In this document: positions 25,141 through 39,954 of the stretch, piece by piece
Layout: every line of letters begins with the position of its first letter
How positions within the stretch are numbered: the first letter of the stretch is position 1
Origin: Octopus sinensis
Lineage: Eukaryota
DNA: 64,000 nucleotides
Reading direction: 5' to 3'
Assembly (NCBI RefSeq): GCF_006345805.1
Contig: NW_021833965.1
Location: forward strand, 1 to 64,000
Translations under genes and position numbers: made by a program
Notes under the pieces: model-generated
What the model saw: only the letters and a program-made list of their open reading frames with translations
Database searches by the model: none
What the model was told of the DNA's origin: nothing

Positions 25141-25239
25141 AAGAAAAGTATATATATATGTATAAATAAGAATGAGTAAGTAAAGATGTTATTATTATTA
25201 TTATTATTATCATTATTAGTAGTAGTAGTAATAGTATGA

Positions 25240-25465
25240 GGAGGGCGGGAAGTTGGCAGAGCCGTTAACACGCTAGACAGAATGCTTACCGGTATTCCGC
25301 CTGTCGCTACGTTCTGAGTTCAAATTCTGCCGAGGTCGACTTTTCCTTTCATTTTTTGGGGGTTGATAAATTAAGTACCAGCGAAATTCTGGGGCGGATG
25401 TAATCGACTAATCCCCTCTCTCAAAACCTCAGGCCTTGTCTCCATAACAGAAAGGATTATTATTT
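25240..25465 (+). mobile_element. SINE family A
   Basis: ggcgggaagttggcagagccgttaacacg...gttctgagttcaaattctgccgaggtcgac...agaaaggattattatt. Confidence 0.88.
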
Positions 25466-25559
25466 TTATCAGGGACAAATCTAAATAATTGATAATAACA
25501 ACAACATTAGTCTAGCAAGCGATATTAGCATTAAACAGCTATACAATACATTCATAATT

Positions 25560-26245
25560 ATATTCTTTTCTACGCTAAGCACAAGCCCCGAAATTTTTCG
25601 GGGAGTGACCAGTTGATTAGATCTACCGTAGTACGTAACTGTTATTTAATTTATCGCCCCCGAAATTATGAAAGGTAATATTTGAACTCAGAACGTAACG
25701 GCAGACGAAATACCTATTTCTTTACTACCCACAAGGGACTAAACACAGAGGGGACAAACAAGGACAGACAAACGGATTAAGTCGATTATATCGACCCCAG
25801 TGCGTAACTAGTACTTAATTTATCGACCCCGAAAGGATGAAAGGCAAAGTCAACCTCGGCGGAATTTGAACTCAGAACGTAACGGCAGACGAAATACCGC
25901 TGAGCTAACGTTTCTTCTTTCTTTACTTCCCACAAGGGGCTAAACATAGAGGGAACAAACAAAGACAAACAAAGGGTGTACATCGATTACATCGACCCGG
26001 CGAGCTAACGTTTCTTCTTTCTTTACTTCCCACAAGGGGCTAAACATAGAGGGAACAAACAAGGACAAACAAAGGGTGTACATCGATTACAATCGACCCC
26101 AGTGCATAACTGAAACTTAATTTATCGAACCCGAAAAGATGAAAGGCAAAGTCGGCCTCGGTGATATTTGAACTCAGTACGAAACGGCAGACGAAATAGC
26201 GCTAAGCATTTCGCCCGGCGTGCTACCGTTTCTGCCAGCTCGACG
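25560..26245 (-). mobile_element. Stack of nested family A SINEs with an internal 100-bp tandem duplication
   Basis: Three gaactcag(a/t)acg...ggcagacgaaata segments; gagctaacgtttcttc starts at 25902 and 26002. Confidence 0.85.
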
Positions 26246-27689
26246 CCTTGAATTCATAATTATATTGAAAGTTACACGAAGCTCCAGCTCGCTAAAGAAT
26301 GGAAGAAAAAACTTGAAACTTAACCACCAAAAATGCTGGAAATATGTAACGGACCAACAGAAATCGGGCAAACGAATGGAATTTTACATATTTTCACCAT
26401 GATTTCGATTTCTTTCTAGAGCCTTAATTCTCCTGAGCAGGAGAATTTATATATATATAACGATTGATACACACATGATCACACACACACGTAGTTGTGT
26501 ATGGATGAATGTACATATACTTCCTTAGTTTTGTGTTCATGTTTTTTTCCATAGGAATATGAATAAGATTTGTTGAGGCTTTCTTTACCAGCTTCGTTTT
26601 TACTATTGAAAAATAACGTTATGAATAAATTATGTCTTCCATTTCGTTCCATACTCGACATTGTTTCCTTCTAGTTATATCGTGAAATATAAAAAAACAT
26701 GAGATAACAACGCTGGTTGTAGAAAAGGTTATACTTGTTTAACAAAGAATACAGCTGTCAGACATGTTGTTTTCTAAGAATTGAACATCCAGTTTTTAAA
26801 ATCATTTTCAAACGAACTACAACTTCAAAATATTGTTTTTTTCTTCTTCGTTATAGATTTCCAACCATCTTATAGCTTTCAAAATAACCGTGAAATCCTC
26901 AGAGTTATTCCTGGTATAAAATATATATATATTTCCTTATTCTACAGCGACAAACGTATGTTTATCTGGATAATTAAAGATGTGACATTTTAAATAAGAT
27001 TACTGTTTATAGCTGCGTATATTTGTAACTTCTTAGAGTTTATCTTATATGGATTCAATCACTGGACTACGGCCATTCTGGTGCACCGCTTTGGAGTGTT
27101 TAGTCGAACAAATAGACACTTTCTCTTTTTAAGTATGGTTCATAATCTTTAATGCCAAACGGCGTTAGGGGACATCACAATAATATCACAATGATAATAC
27201 CCTCATATGCATGTACATATACGACAAGCTTCCACGCAGTTTCCTCTTACCATATTTACGCACAAGTCATTTGTCTGTAATAGAAAGCAATCGTTCAAAG
27301 TATATCTGACAAGATTCATTCATTTTCCGTCAACTAAAATTTACTTAAAAGGCATAGGTCGGTCCGGGGTTGTAGTAGACGATGCATCCTCAAGATGCTG
27401 TGCAGTGGTGCTAAACCCGAAAACATCTGTTCCCTGAGCAAGTTTCTATACACACAGCCTATTGTATCTCTAATTACCATTATATTCTATCTGTACATCA
27501 CCACCTCTCTTATGAAGAATTCAGAGCTCGAGCAAAATTAATTAACCATCGTGGTACCACATTAGGAAAACAATAATTTAAAAAAAGAGAACAATTTGCA
27601 AGTTTACCAGAAAACAAAAAGCAGCCTGGAAATGACATACTTTCGCCGTACAAGTTACGTTTAGAGTTGAATGACTACCCCTGGTACAT

Positions 27690-28298
27690 AAGTTGTTCTT
27701 TCCACAAGCCCTCGAATGTGGGGGGAATGAATTAAGTCGATTACATCGACGCAAGTGCGTAACTGGTACTTATTTAATCAACCCCGAGAGGATGAAAGGC
27801 AACGTCTACAACGGCGGAAATTGAACCCAGAACGTAGCGACGGCGAAATACCGGTAGGCATTTCGTCCAGCGTGCTAACGATTCTGCCAGCTTGACGACT
27901 TTGGTGCATAAATGATTCTTTTCTACTCTAGGTATAGGCTCGAAATTTTGGGGGAGGAGGCCAGTCGATCAGATCGACCCCAGTATGCAACTCCGAAAGG
28001 ATGAAAGGCAAAGTCAACCTCGGCGGAATTTGAATTCAGAACGTTAAGAGAGACGAAATACCTATTTCTTTTCTACCCACAAGGGACTAAACACAGAGGG
28101 GACAAACAAGGATAGACAAACGGATTAAGCCGATTACATCGACCTCAGTGCGTAACTGACACTTATTTAATCGACCCCGAAAGGATGAAAGGCAAAGTCG
28201 ACTTCGGCGGAATTTGAACTCATAACGTAGCGGCAGACGAAATACCGCTGAGCATTTCGCCTGGCGTGCTAACGTTTATGCCAGCTCGCCGCCTTTTG
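27690..28298 (-). mobile_element. Stack of three family A SINEs
   Basis: aggatgaaaggcaa...ggcgga(a)...gaac..agaacgt is repeated three times. Confidence 0.85.
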
Positions 28299-28649
28299 GT
28301 GCATAAATTATTGCCGAAATGAAAAGAAAGAGAACTAAAATGTTGAGCAGAAAACTTTATCGGACAGAGATGAAATAAGTGGTAGGAGGACGGAATTAGT
28401 AAAGTTAAATCGGTTTATAAAGCATTAGAAAATTCATTGTTAAGCGTTCTCATGTTCAATAATATAGTAGATATTACTGGGATACTCTCAGGAACCTTCT
28501 GAATTGCTAGCGTCGGAGAAGAATGTGTATGTGTGCGACTGTGCGTGAGATATAGGGGTAGATAGGTAGACAGAGAAATAGGAAGATAGAGAGAGAGATA
28601 CGTAGATACAGAGATAGACAGATAGATAGATACATAGATAGATAGATAC

Positions 28650-28704
<55 letters not shown>

Positions 28705-28973
28705 TGGATAGACTAATAGAATTATAAAGAGAGGTGAAGACAGAGAGAGAGAGAGAGAGATATGTGTATATATGAACATATTTTACGTAAATAAATATAT
28801 TAACATGTGTTTCAATATATGAATACGTGTTTATATAAACATATGCATGTGTGTGTGTGTGCGCGCGCGCGCGTATATTCAAGTACAATCTCACACACAC
28901 ACATCTATATTTATCTATTTACCTTATATATATGTGTGGGTATGTGTGTATGCGTATGTGGGTGTGTATACAT

Positions 28974-29019
<46 letters not shown>

Positions 29020-29027
29020 ACACACAC

Positions 29028-29081
<54 letters not shown>

Positions 29082-29100
29082 TATATATATGTATACACAC

Positions 29101-29131
<31 letters not shown>

Positions 29132-29684
29132 GATATATATATATATATTATGTATGTATGTATGTATGTTTGTATGTATGTATGCGAAAGAGATGAGCTG
29201 TTAGTGGGCTGCAGCGTGTCACGTTAGATTCGCCATCTTGCCTGTGCAAACAATCTGTTGATGAAATGTGACGTGTCATTATTATGATAATCATTCGCTT
29301 CTGATTCTATTGACAGGTACAAAACAACTGTTTGTATAGCTGCATCTATTTATTCACCTGATTAATATTGGACATTTTATTGGGATTTTCTGGTCCCTAA
29401 TATGGATTCCACGCCGCAGTGTACACATTAAAAGTCTCTGCTGTTATCTATGCTTATCAGGGAATTGTTGATACTGTTGACAACAATGACCACGACGACG
29501 ACGACGATGATAATGATGATGATGAAGATGATGAAGAAGAGGGTAGTGATGATGATGTTGGTGGGGGTGAGATTTATTTATCTGAAATTTAAGACCTAAT
29601 TGCAAAGATGGGAATCAAATACAAGAGAAAGGAGACCTACTTCTAGGATTCACTCCAGCATGTACTGTTGTTGTTATTATTATT

Positions 29685-30110
29685 ATTATTACTAAGTGAG
29701 AGAGCAGCGCATGCCATCAAAGTGATACTGCGGTACAAATATACGAAGCCCAATATACCCATCATGACTACCCGTCTGGTAAGTGTACACCGGCCATATG
29801 CATCACAACCATATGTGCGCGACATGACCTTGCAGGTAGGGGGCCAGTTTGAAATTTGTTCAGGTTTGAGTAGCCCATCCCGCTCAAAAGTTCCCTGAAT
29901 AATAGTTGTTTAAAGATATTGATCGAAGCACCCGTGTTTCCAGAAAGGAATTAGTCAATCCCCAAAGAATTCCTCTCAACACTTGGCTATAATGCTCCTG
30001 TACTACTCCTGCTCGTGATCAGAGATACGCATGTCGTTAGCCACCAAGGGATATACGCAACTGGTTAAGGTCAAGCAACTGGCAAGCAAATCTGTGGTAT
30101 TGAGCCGAAA
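29685..30110 (-). repeat. Unclassified non-coding repeat-like segment with a (TAA)n tail
   Basis: On the minus strand it follows the R4 3' end and runs into ctctctcacttagtaataataa; only one copy in the window, so the call is weak. Confidence 0.35.
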
Positions 30111-31572
30111 ATTTGGTGAAAAAAGCTTTCAGCTTATGGTGCTGGATATGATGGAACATGTCAGCTGTCTACAGCCAGCAGACTAAGGTGACGTTTGCAG
30201 GTCACGCTTCAAGAACCCTATGAAGAATTCTTGTAGTTCCAAGCAGTGCTGGTTTTTGTAGGTTTTTATCTTTACTTTTGTACCAATCTTTTTTAACCAT
30301 TGGTAGTTGAGAGCTGATACTTCTAAATTTACCAGTTACCGTCTACTCTTCTCATTGAAAACAGCCTTTCCTATTTCCCACTTCAAATCGTTGTAGTTAT
30401 TCAGTTTATCGTCTTTCTTTTTGATGCTGTCGTCAATGGGATATGCTCTGTCGATTATCATACAAGTTCTTTCTTTTTTATTCACCACAGCAATGTCCGC
30501 TTCCCGATATCTGGACACGTGGACGCACTGAATCATTGCATCCCAAAGGAGTTTGCACTCTTCATTCTCGGTGACTCCTTCTTGGGTTTTCTCATACCAC
30601 GTCTTTGCTCTTTGTAGACCGGGATTTCCACAGAGCTCCCAAAGGATCATTCTTGCCACCTTGACATGTTATCTTATGTATTCACTTTGTGCCAAAATTG
30701 GGCATTCGCTAACGATGTGCCATGCCGTTCAGCCCCTCTCTCTACGCATCCTGCATTTCTCGCTCTCGATAGCGTTGTCGATTCTGCATTTCACATAGTT
30801 ATCTCTGAAAGATTATTCGTGTGCTGCGCATATAAGTGCTTCTACCTATGTCTTCGGGTCACTCCACCTCATCCATAGCCACCGGTCTTCTGCATCTGTC
30901 TTGACAGTACGTTTTCCTCCTTCCCTGCCGTTTATTTTTTGGGATTCTTTTCCTCTTTAAGATTTCTTTCTTTACACAAATACTAATTTTGATGACGCCA
31001 GACTTCTTCACATGCATCAACAATGGTTCCACGATAATTTTTACTTACCACCCTCAACTGTTTACCTCTGCTTCGTTACAATCCTTGAGACTGATCAAAC
31101 CTCTTCCACCCTCTCTTCCGGACAAATACACTCTTAAGACAGAAAGATCCGTGTCTTGTAAATATTTTTCTTATCCATATCCATCAGTTCTTTCTCTTGC
31201 CTCTTTATGATTCCAGCTCCACAATGAAATGATGCTATCGCCCTTATATTACCTGCTTAGATTTTATCCCATCCGGTCAATTTTGAGCGCAATAACAATC
31301 TCAGTCTGCGGAAATATACCATCTTCACTTGTTCTTTCATTTCCTTCTCCATTATCTCGTTGAACTCTAGGATACCAAGGTATTTGCAGTCATCCGTTTC
31401 AAGTTGTTTAATCAGTTCTCTATTCGGTAATTCGATCGCTGCTGAAGATTGCACCCTACCTCTTTTCAGCACTAAAACAATGTACCGTGTTCGCCAAAGA
31501 ACTCACCTGTGCCTCATACTTGCTATATAGCTTCAAATCATCCATGAAGAGGAAGTATTTAATTGCTTGACA
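30110..31572 (-). mobile_element. R4/Dong-clade non-LTR retrotransposon relic (RT C-half to 3' end)
   Basis: FLFMDDLKLYSK (RT catalytic motif), CKYLGILE, ENEECKLLWD..DIAVVNKKERTCMIID, LQKPALLGTTRILHRVLEA* (stop at 30202-30204). Confidence 0.9.
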
Positions 31573-31579
31573 TTATTAT

Positions 31580-31590
31580 TAATATTATTA

Positions 31591-31656
<66 letters not shown>

Positions 31657-32256
31657 GATCAAGAAAGATCAGAGAGCAAATGATGAATCTGCAGGAAAGA
31701 AGTCGAAGTATCAATCACGTCGTCGTCATCATCATCATCATCATGGAATATGTGATTGATAATATCGTCAAACGTAGAGAGAAAATCCCTTCGCGTTTCT
31801 TTTTCGCGCAGATTATTCCGTTCCAAGTTCAAATTGTTACCGAATATAGCAGCAGCACCAAAAACATCGTTGTCATCGTTATCCTCTCCTTCGACACCAT
31901 CGTCATCTTCGTCTTCATCATCATCATCATCGTCATCATCAGCATCCTCATCAACATCACTATCATCATCACTATCATCTCCATCATCAGCATTACAACC
32001 ATAGTCATCATCATCATCATCATAATCATTATTATCATCATCATCATAATCATCATCATCATCATAATCTTCTTTACCATCATCATCATAATCACCATCA
32101 TCATTACCGTCATAAACATCATCATCAACATTATCATCATTGTTATCATCATCACAATCATTATTATCATCATCATCATCATCATCGTTATCACCATAAT
32201 CATCATCTCCATCATCATTATCAACATCATCACCATCAATAATCATCATCATAAAT

Positions 32257-32292
<36 letters not shown>

Positions 32293-32391
32293 TTAATTAT
32301 CATCATCATGATCTCCATCACCATCGTCATCATCAATACCATCATCACCATAATCTTCATCACCATCATCGTCATCATCTCCATCATCATT

Positions 32392-32429
<38 letters not shown>

Positions 32430-32970
32430 ACTCATCATCATCCTCATCATAATTGTCATCGTCATCATTATCATCATTACAATCATCATGTCGTCATCAT
32501 AATTATCACCATCATCACCACCATCATCATCATCACCATCGCTGTCGTTGCCTGAATGATACACATTTCCCTCCGTTACACGTTTCAAATGCGGTCTGTA
32601 CCAGCAACACAAGCGATAAACTTCAATCAATAGAAACCATAGAACTCTCTCCAAACATTGGTAGCATTTGATTCCAACTAAGATGGTCGAAGCAAGATGC
32701 TATAATTCATTCTTTAGGGTTCTTGGAGAATGTATCGAAGCAGCAAACAGTGCGAGGAGTGGTGGATATGGGGTGGGGTGAGAAGTAGGCGGAGTTAAAT
32801 GTTTGAAGCAAAAACGAAAATTATCAAATTGGACTGTCATGAAGTTGATGAAGATGCTGATGATGATTGATAACGATGATAATTGTGGGGGAGGGAATGA
32901 TGATGATGGTTGTGGTGGTGTTTCTTGCGATGGTAGTGCTAGGGGCTATGATAAAAATTATATAATAATC

Positions 32971-33001
<31 letters not shown>

Positions 33002-33180
33002 CGATAATAATAATGATAATGTTAATAATAATAATTATAATAATTTTGTTATTGTTGGTATTATAACAATAATAACAATTACTATTATTATTATTATTAT
33101 TATATTATTATTATTATTGTTATTATTATCATTATTATTATTATTAATATATCATTTCTATTATAATTATTATCTTTTAC
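31580..33180. repeat. Large compound (TTA)/(ATC)/(TAA) microsatellite region
   Basis: Visible runs; the Asp-, Met- and Ile-rich ORFs are repeat translations. Confidence 0.9.
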
Positions 33181-33539
33181 AATTATGTTGAAGTTTATTT
33201 TCGGGATTATCACGACCATGAGCAGGATAGGAATGATGATGATGTTGCCGATGACGTTGATGACGACGATTAAGATGCTGATGATGATGATGAAGCAAAC
33301 AACGACTACGGCGGAGGGTAGGGTGGCTACGTCGGTAGTGCTGGTGGTGGTGGTGGTGGAGATGGTGACGATGAAAATAACAAAACAACAAATAATGAAA
33401 CGAAAAAACGGTGCCTGAAAATGGAGAGGCTGGTTGAGAGGGCAAAGATATGTAGCAAGGATATAGGGATGGTATTCGGTATGTAGAAGTGTATGGGGTG
33501 CTCAATTTGAAACGGGTGTAAAAAAAACAGATTGAAGGG

Positions 33540-34570
33540 GCAGAGAATAACCAAACGGAGAGAAAATGGAAGACCGGGACGAGGGTGCGTACAAGTACCT
33601 TGCGATCTTGGAGCTGGACATAGGGAATTTTAATACAAGGTCAACACTGCATATTTGAATCGCCTCAAACATCTCTTGAAATCAAGGCTGACCCCAAGGA
33701 ACCTTGTGACTGCCATCAACATATGGAATGTTGCTGTTGTCCGCTATACTGTACCCTCCTGAAATGAACACGGGCGGATTTTAACCAACATAATCGCACT
33801 ACACGAAAGACAATGACAATGCATGGTGCCCTACACCCTAAGGCGAATTTGCACAGGCTCTACAGGAAGAGCGGTAAAGGTGGACGTGGGCTGATTAATG
33901 TACGGGACTGCATCAACAGTGAAAGAAGAATCATGGCAGAGTATGCTGCTAATGCAGAAGGATTTACCATAAATACACTTGAGAGTCCTAATCACATTTT
34001 AGTGCTTGTGAAAGTCTTGCGCAGAAAGTGTAAAAGCACAGACACGACAAAGCAGCCCAAAACCTCCATTGGCTACTATGTCGGAAGTATGGATACGAGG
34101 CAACGGATGCTTGGTGTCAGCATCCACCAGAAAAGGAGAAGGCAACAATCCTCTTGGACTTTGACTTCCAGACAGACAAGGTGTTAGAGCACCGAAGGGC
34201 AGACATTGTAACATTTAAGAGAGACAAACAATAATAATAATCGACGTGGCAATGTCGGCAGATCAACATGTCATCATAAAAGAAACAGAAATGATTGATA
34301 AATATGGAGACCTGAGAAATGAGATCGCTAAGCTGTGGCAGCTACGAGAGTCAAACATAATGTTTGTCCCTATTGTCATCGGAGCATTGGGTTCATACCA
34401 CCCAACCTGGAAAAACATTTGGATACTGTAGAAATACACTACAATCTCGGTGAAGCACCTGGTCTTGAGCTGGTTCTGAAGCATTTGGGAAGCCGCAATA
34501 TAAGGTTCAATGTCAGGAACATTGATTGTCACTGTTTGATTGTCACCGTCATGACAGCTAGTTTGTGCGG
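33540..34570 (+). mobile_element. R4/Dong-clade relic with internal deletions
   Basis: YKYLAILE, AYLNRLKHLLKSRL, HGALHPKANLHRLY..GKGGRGL, FQTDKVLEHRRADIV, KYGDLRNEIAKLW..VPIVIGALGS. Confidence 0.9.
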
Positions 34571-35034
34571 ACGCAACTTTTGGAAATATACAATTGACTG
34601 CGGTCAACAAAACCACACTGTATTCGTTACGCTTTTTTTTTTCATTTTGGAATTTTTCGTCTTTTACATTTATTTTTCTTTTTTGTACGTCCGGAAAACA
34701 ATATTAGAACTGTCTTGTAAAGAGTGGTGAGTCGAAGACCATAAAATTCAACATTGAAGCTAAACAGTCCGGATGTAGCAGGAAAATCTATTTCAAGGTT
34801 TCTCTTTGCGTTTGCCAAAAAGAACAATAGCAAGGACAACTGTTGAATGTTGCTGACATTTCAGTGACACCTGGTACAAATACTCGACAAAGGAAATGGT
34901 CCTGTACACATTACAAGGGAAGAACTACCACATCCAAGCACCAATTGTCTAACTACAACCGTTGAGGACAATTTCAATGCTCAAAGCAACAACAGCAACG
35001 AGAGCAAAGCAACGATGGAGCATCGTCTGTAAGC

Positions 35035-35420
35035 AGCCGTTGCACTCCGTCGGTTACGACGACGAGGGTTCCACTTGATCCAATCAACAGAATAGCCTGC
35101 TCATGAAATTAACGTGCGAGTTGTTGAGCACTCCAGAGACACGTGTACCCTTAACGTAATTTTCGGGGAGATTCAGCGTGACACAGAGTGTGATAAGGCT
35201 GGTTTCTTTGAAATGCAGGTACAACGGATACAGGAAGAAAGAGTGAGAGAAAGTTGTTGTGAAAGAGTATAGCAGGGTTCGCCACCACCCTTGCTAGAAC
35301 CTCGTAGAGCTTTAGGCTTTTTCGCTCAATAAACACTCATAGCGCCCAGTCTGGGAGACGAAACTGCAATCCTATGACCGCTAGTCCACAACCTAACTAT
35401 TAGGCCATTGTGCCTCTACT
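35035..35420 (-). mobile_element. Chimeric/nested family B SINEs (tail i joined to tail iv + head)
   Basis: 35040-35225 matches 51112-51300; 35230-35420 matches 48500-48686. Confidence 0.8.
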
Positions 35421-35861
35421 GTAAGTGTCAATTTATGAATCTGGAAACCAAAGACCGACAGATATTGGCAAATATCTTCAAGTAAGCGAAAATAGATTCC
35501 ACAAAATTATCAGAAAACAAAGGGAGGTTTTGATTTCATGTTTGATAACCTGAAGAAACTCGGTAAAGCAATAATTCATCTCTTTCAGAAAAGTAGCCAT
35601 ACCCTGCTGGAAGGAACAAGGCTCCATTCTCAATTAAGTGAAATTCACAGGATTTCGCAAGACTAACTTTTATATCATAAACGACTTGTACGAAATACAC
35701 ACTGCTTCCAAACGAGGTGTGGATCGAGAAGGGAATTCTTTAAACAGCATCGAAAATGTTAATGGAATAATATTCAAATAGACAACATCCTGTGTTATTT
35801 GTCCGTAAATCAAAATCAATAACAATAATAACAATCATCATCATCATCATCATCATCATCA

Positions 35862-35912
<51 letters not shown>

Positions 35913-35929
35913 TATTATCACCATCATCA

Positions 35930-35967
<38 letters not shown>

Positions 35968-35974
35968 TTTTTTT

Positions 35975-36390
35975 TTCTTCTTTCAAATTTGCTTCCATTT
36001 CTTGCCGAGTGTCTTCCCGACTCCTAGGGCAAATAAACTCATAGTATACATTGGTAGGCCATTAAACTAAACTCACTAGCTCGTTCATTTTTTTTTTAAG
36101 TTAAATTAAAATACATGGGTAGTAATAGTTCTCACATCGACAATGCTCTTCTCAATACGTGTGTTGTACCAGTTAAGACAATCTTTTGCACTTCTTGCAG
36201 GGATGGTAAGCCAGGGATCATTCTCATATAATTTTCGGTTCCCTTCTTGATCATTCCTAGTGCTCCTACGATCACTGGTATTATAACCGCCTTGAGATGC
36301 CACATTTTCTCAATTTCAATGAGCAGGTCTTTATATTTTTTGAGCTTGTCAAACTCTTTCGCCGAGATATTATGATCACAGGGGATGCTC
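35975..36390 (-). mobile_element. R4/Dong-clade 3' fragment
   Basis: IPCDHNISAKEFDKLKKYKDLLIEIEKMWHLKAVIIPVIVGALGMIKK...VLTGTTHVLRRALSM. Confidence 0.9.
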
Positions 36391-36396
36391 ATTATT

Positions 36397-36433
<37 letters not shown>

Positions 36434-36527
36434 CATTATTATTATTATTATTATTATTATTGTTATTATTGTTATTATTACTATTATTATTATTATTATA
36501 TTATTATTATTATTATTATTATTATTG

Positions 36528-36773
36528 TGGAGGCGCGTGGTTTAGTGTTTAGGGCGTCAGAATCATGATCGTAAGATTGTGGTTTCGATTCCTGGACCGG
36601 GCGACGCGTTGTGTTCTTGAGCAAAACACTTCATTTCACGTTGCTCCAGTCCACTCAGCTAGCAAAAATGAGTAACGCTGCGATGGATTGGCGTCCCGTC
36701 CAGCTGAGGAACACATACGCCATAGGAACCGGGAAACTGGGGCCATGGGCCTGGCTAGGCTTTAAAAAGGGCG

Positions 36774-36775
<2 letters not shown>
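36528..36775 (+). mobile_element. SINE family B (tail type ii)
   Basis: Family B head plus gcgatggattggcgtcccgtccagctg...gcctggctaggctttaaaaagg; matches 56345-56592. Confidence 0.88.
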
Positions 36776-36822
<47 letters not shown>

Positions 36823-36847
36823 CATTATTATTATTATTATTATTATG

Positions 36848-37065
36848 AAGGTTGTAAGGTGGCAGAATCGTTAGCACGCTGGACGAAGTGCTCAGCGGCA
36901 TTTCGCCCTTCCTTGTGTTCTGAGTTTAAATTCTGCCGAAGTCGAAGTTGCCTTTCATCTTTTCCAGGTCCATAAATTAAGTACCAGCTGTGTGCTGGAG
37001 ATCGATGTAATCGACTATCCTCCTCCCTCAAATTTCAGACCTTGTTCCTATAGTAGAAACCATCA
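36848..37065 (+). mobile_element. SINE family A
   Basis: ggtggcagaatcgttagcacgctggacgaagtgctcagcgg...ttcctatagtagaaa. Confidence 0.85.
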
Positions 37066-37087
37066 TCATTATTATTATTATTATTAT

Positions 37088-37143
<56 letters not shown>

Positions 37144-37320
37144 ACGGCACAGCAGCTGCACGGAGATTTTCCACTGATTTACAATAATTACACCACAGTA
37201 GCAATCCTGAAAGAGATTAACGAACTGTTAAGGAAAAGAAGATCACGGACCAGTTAATGTTTGCCTTGAATGACCCGCATACATTCCATGTCCACGACAC
37301 ATCGCTACATATACCACTAT

Positions 37321-37441
<121 letters not shown>

Positions 37442-37965
37442 CATAGGGGCTTAACCTAACAAGTCCCTACAAAATATAATAACCAGATGCTGCAGTATGA
37501 GATTGGATCGAATGAGTGATTTTTGCTTCTCTTCTGATTGTTTTTATCTTCTTCAACAGATTAATGTTTTTTGCAAATGAGAAACAGAATCTTCACATGT
37601 ATAAAGTCGAATCAACGGTTGTAATCAAGGAATATTGTTTGCGAAACCTGGCCTGTTGATTTTGTTTATATTTTTTAATGTATTCGTTTGTATGTGCATA
37701 CAAATACATACACACACACACACGCACACACACATATATATATATATATAAAGAGAGAGAGAGAGACAGAGAGAGACAGAGTGGAGAGACAGAGATAGAT
37801 AGATAGATGTATAGATAGACAGACAGACAGACAAATAGATATAGATGTATGTGTATGTATACAGACATATATGCATACATATGCGTGTAGATATATACAT
37901 ATATATGTGTGTGCATGAGTATGTCCTTGTGATCGTTTTGTTTGTTTAAACATACATACACATAC

Positions 37966-38025
<60 letters not shown>

Positions 38026-39051
38026 GTGTGTGTGTGTGTGTGTTTATGTGCGTATAGTCTGTGTCTGTGTTTGCATATGTGAACGTGGTGTGTGCGCGAA
38101 CGTCTACACGAGTGTTACTTTATATGTTTTTGTTTCTTTTTTTACATTAGCAGTCAAGACATACAAAAATGAAATTCAAAATGAAAGCCAAGATGTAAAA
38201 CAAAAAAATAAAGTAACCAATAAAATTAACCAATGAAATATCGTACGTATATTTAGTTTGTTACGGACGGAAAACTCCACGTGACTTAGTTATCATGCCC
38301 TATTCAGACGACATTGATTCTAAGCCATCTTACATACACGATATAATTTTTGCTCTTAGTTCCGGAATGGACAAACGCATCATTTGAAAACCAAGACTAC
38401 AAGTAATTATACATTACTGCCAACCATTTATTTATTTATTTATTTATTTATTTATCTATTTATTTATTTATTCATCCATTCATTTACTCGTAAGTTTTAT
38501 TCACTATGTTTATATTTCGACTATTTTTGTTTTCTTTTATACCCTTCTTATTTTTGTGCTGTTTATTATTTTTGCTTGTGGGTTAGTTGTTAATGTATAA
38601 TTCTTGTTATTTTTCCGTTTGCTTTTTTTTCTTTCTCTCTCAATGGATAATGGTCGAAGAAGTAAAGAACGAAAGAAAGGGAAGACAAATCCTGTCCCTG
38701 AGTGGCTTTAATGATCGACCAGACAGTTTACATCTAATTGTTCTCCACTTACGCTGACAACTTGTTGAACAACGGCTGTCTCCGTTTTCACTTAATGTGT
38801 ATATATATATAAATACATGGTTAGATATATACACATCTAAACACATGCGTGTGCGTGTGTGTGTGTAATGGCTGTAGACGTTGATTCCAGAAGCAATCCA
38901 GTCACCGTTGAATTCATCATCGCAAGTAAAAAGTGAATGCAATCAATCTCAGATTTTGCTAGAGTGCATTGTATATAACTGATCATCGGTCTCAAGTAAG
39001 CGACCATCATACAACTATGAACATTTACAAGCGTGCAAATAAACACACGCT

Positions 39052-39101
<50 letters not shown>

Positions 39102-39280
39102 TATATAATATACGTGTAATAATACAAGTGAATATATTTTATATGGTTAGATTGTTTAGCCTCTATTTTTCAGAAAATTTTCACCTGAAAATGTTTTAAA
39201 AGAATTTCATTCTTATATTAGAAGTGTATATGTATATATATATATATATGCAGACAGAGAGAGAGAGTGAGAGAGTGAGA

Positions 39281-39622
39281 GAGGCGCATGGCTCAGTAGT
39301 TAGAGCGTCGGGCTTAAGATCGTGAGGTTGTGATTTTTATTCCCAGACCGCAGACCGGGATCCTTGTTTTGTTCTTGCGCAAGGCACTTTATTTCACGTT
39401 GCTCCAGTTCACTCAGCTGTAGAAATGAGTTGCTATGTCACTGGTGCCAAGTTGTATCGGTCCCTTTGCCTTTTCCTTCGATAACATCGGTGGCGTGGAG
39501 AGGGAAGGCTGGTATGTATGGACGACAGTGGGTCTTCCATAAGCAACATTGCCCGGACTTGTGCCTGGGAGAATAACTTTCTAGGCGCAATCCCATGGTC
39601 ATACATGACCGAAGGGGGTCTC

Positions 39623-39628
<6 letters not shown>
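39281..39628 (+). mobile_element. SINE family B (tail type iii)
   Basis: Family B head plus gccaagttgtatcggtccctttgcc...catgaccgaagggggtc, then (TA)n. Confidence 0.8.
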
Positions 39629-39684
<56 letters not shown>

Positions 39685-39799
39685 CAGGGATACAGGCATC
39701 CAGCAACAGGACCTCCGTAATGCTATGATGGACCGTGAAGTTCCGGCGCAACATGGTAAATTCCATTGTCTCGACCACGGTCGAACAATGTTGATGATG

Positions 39800-39833
<34 letters not shown>

Positions 39834-39954
39834 ATATATGTATATATATTTATATGTATGTATGTATGTATGTTGTATAGACAAACATACATACATACAT
39901 ACATATACATGCATGCATACATATATATGTACACATACGTGTGTGTGCGCGCGC

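Noticed and set aside
31659-32654. 331-aa Asp/Met-rich ORF with a short unique insert
   Set aside because: It is dominated by an ATC microsatellite and switches repeat phase; the unique ~150 bp gives no recognisable motif or convincing splice pair.
34709-34733. Possible micro-exon ag|AACTGTCTTGTAAAGAGTG|gtgagt
   Set aside because: It is 19 nt, not frame-preserving, has no partner exons, and such signals arise by chance in 64 kb.
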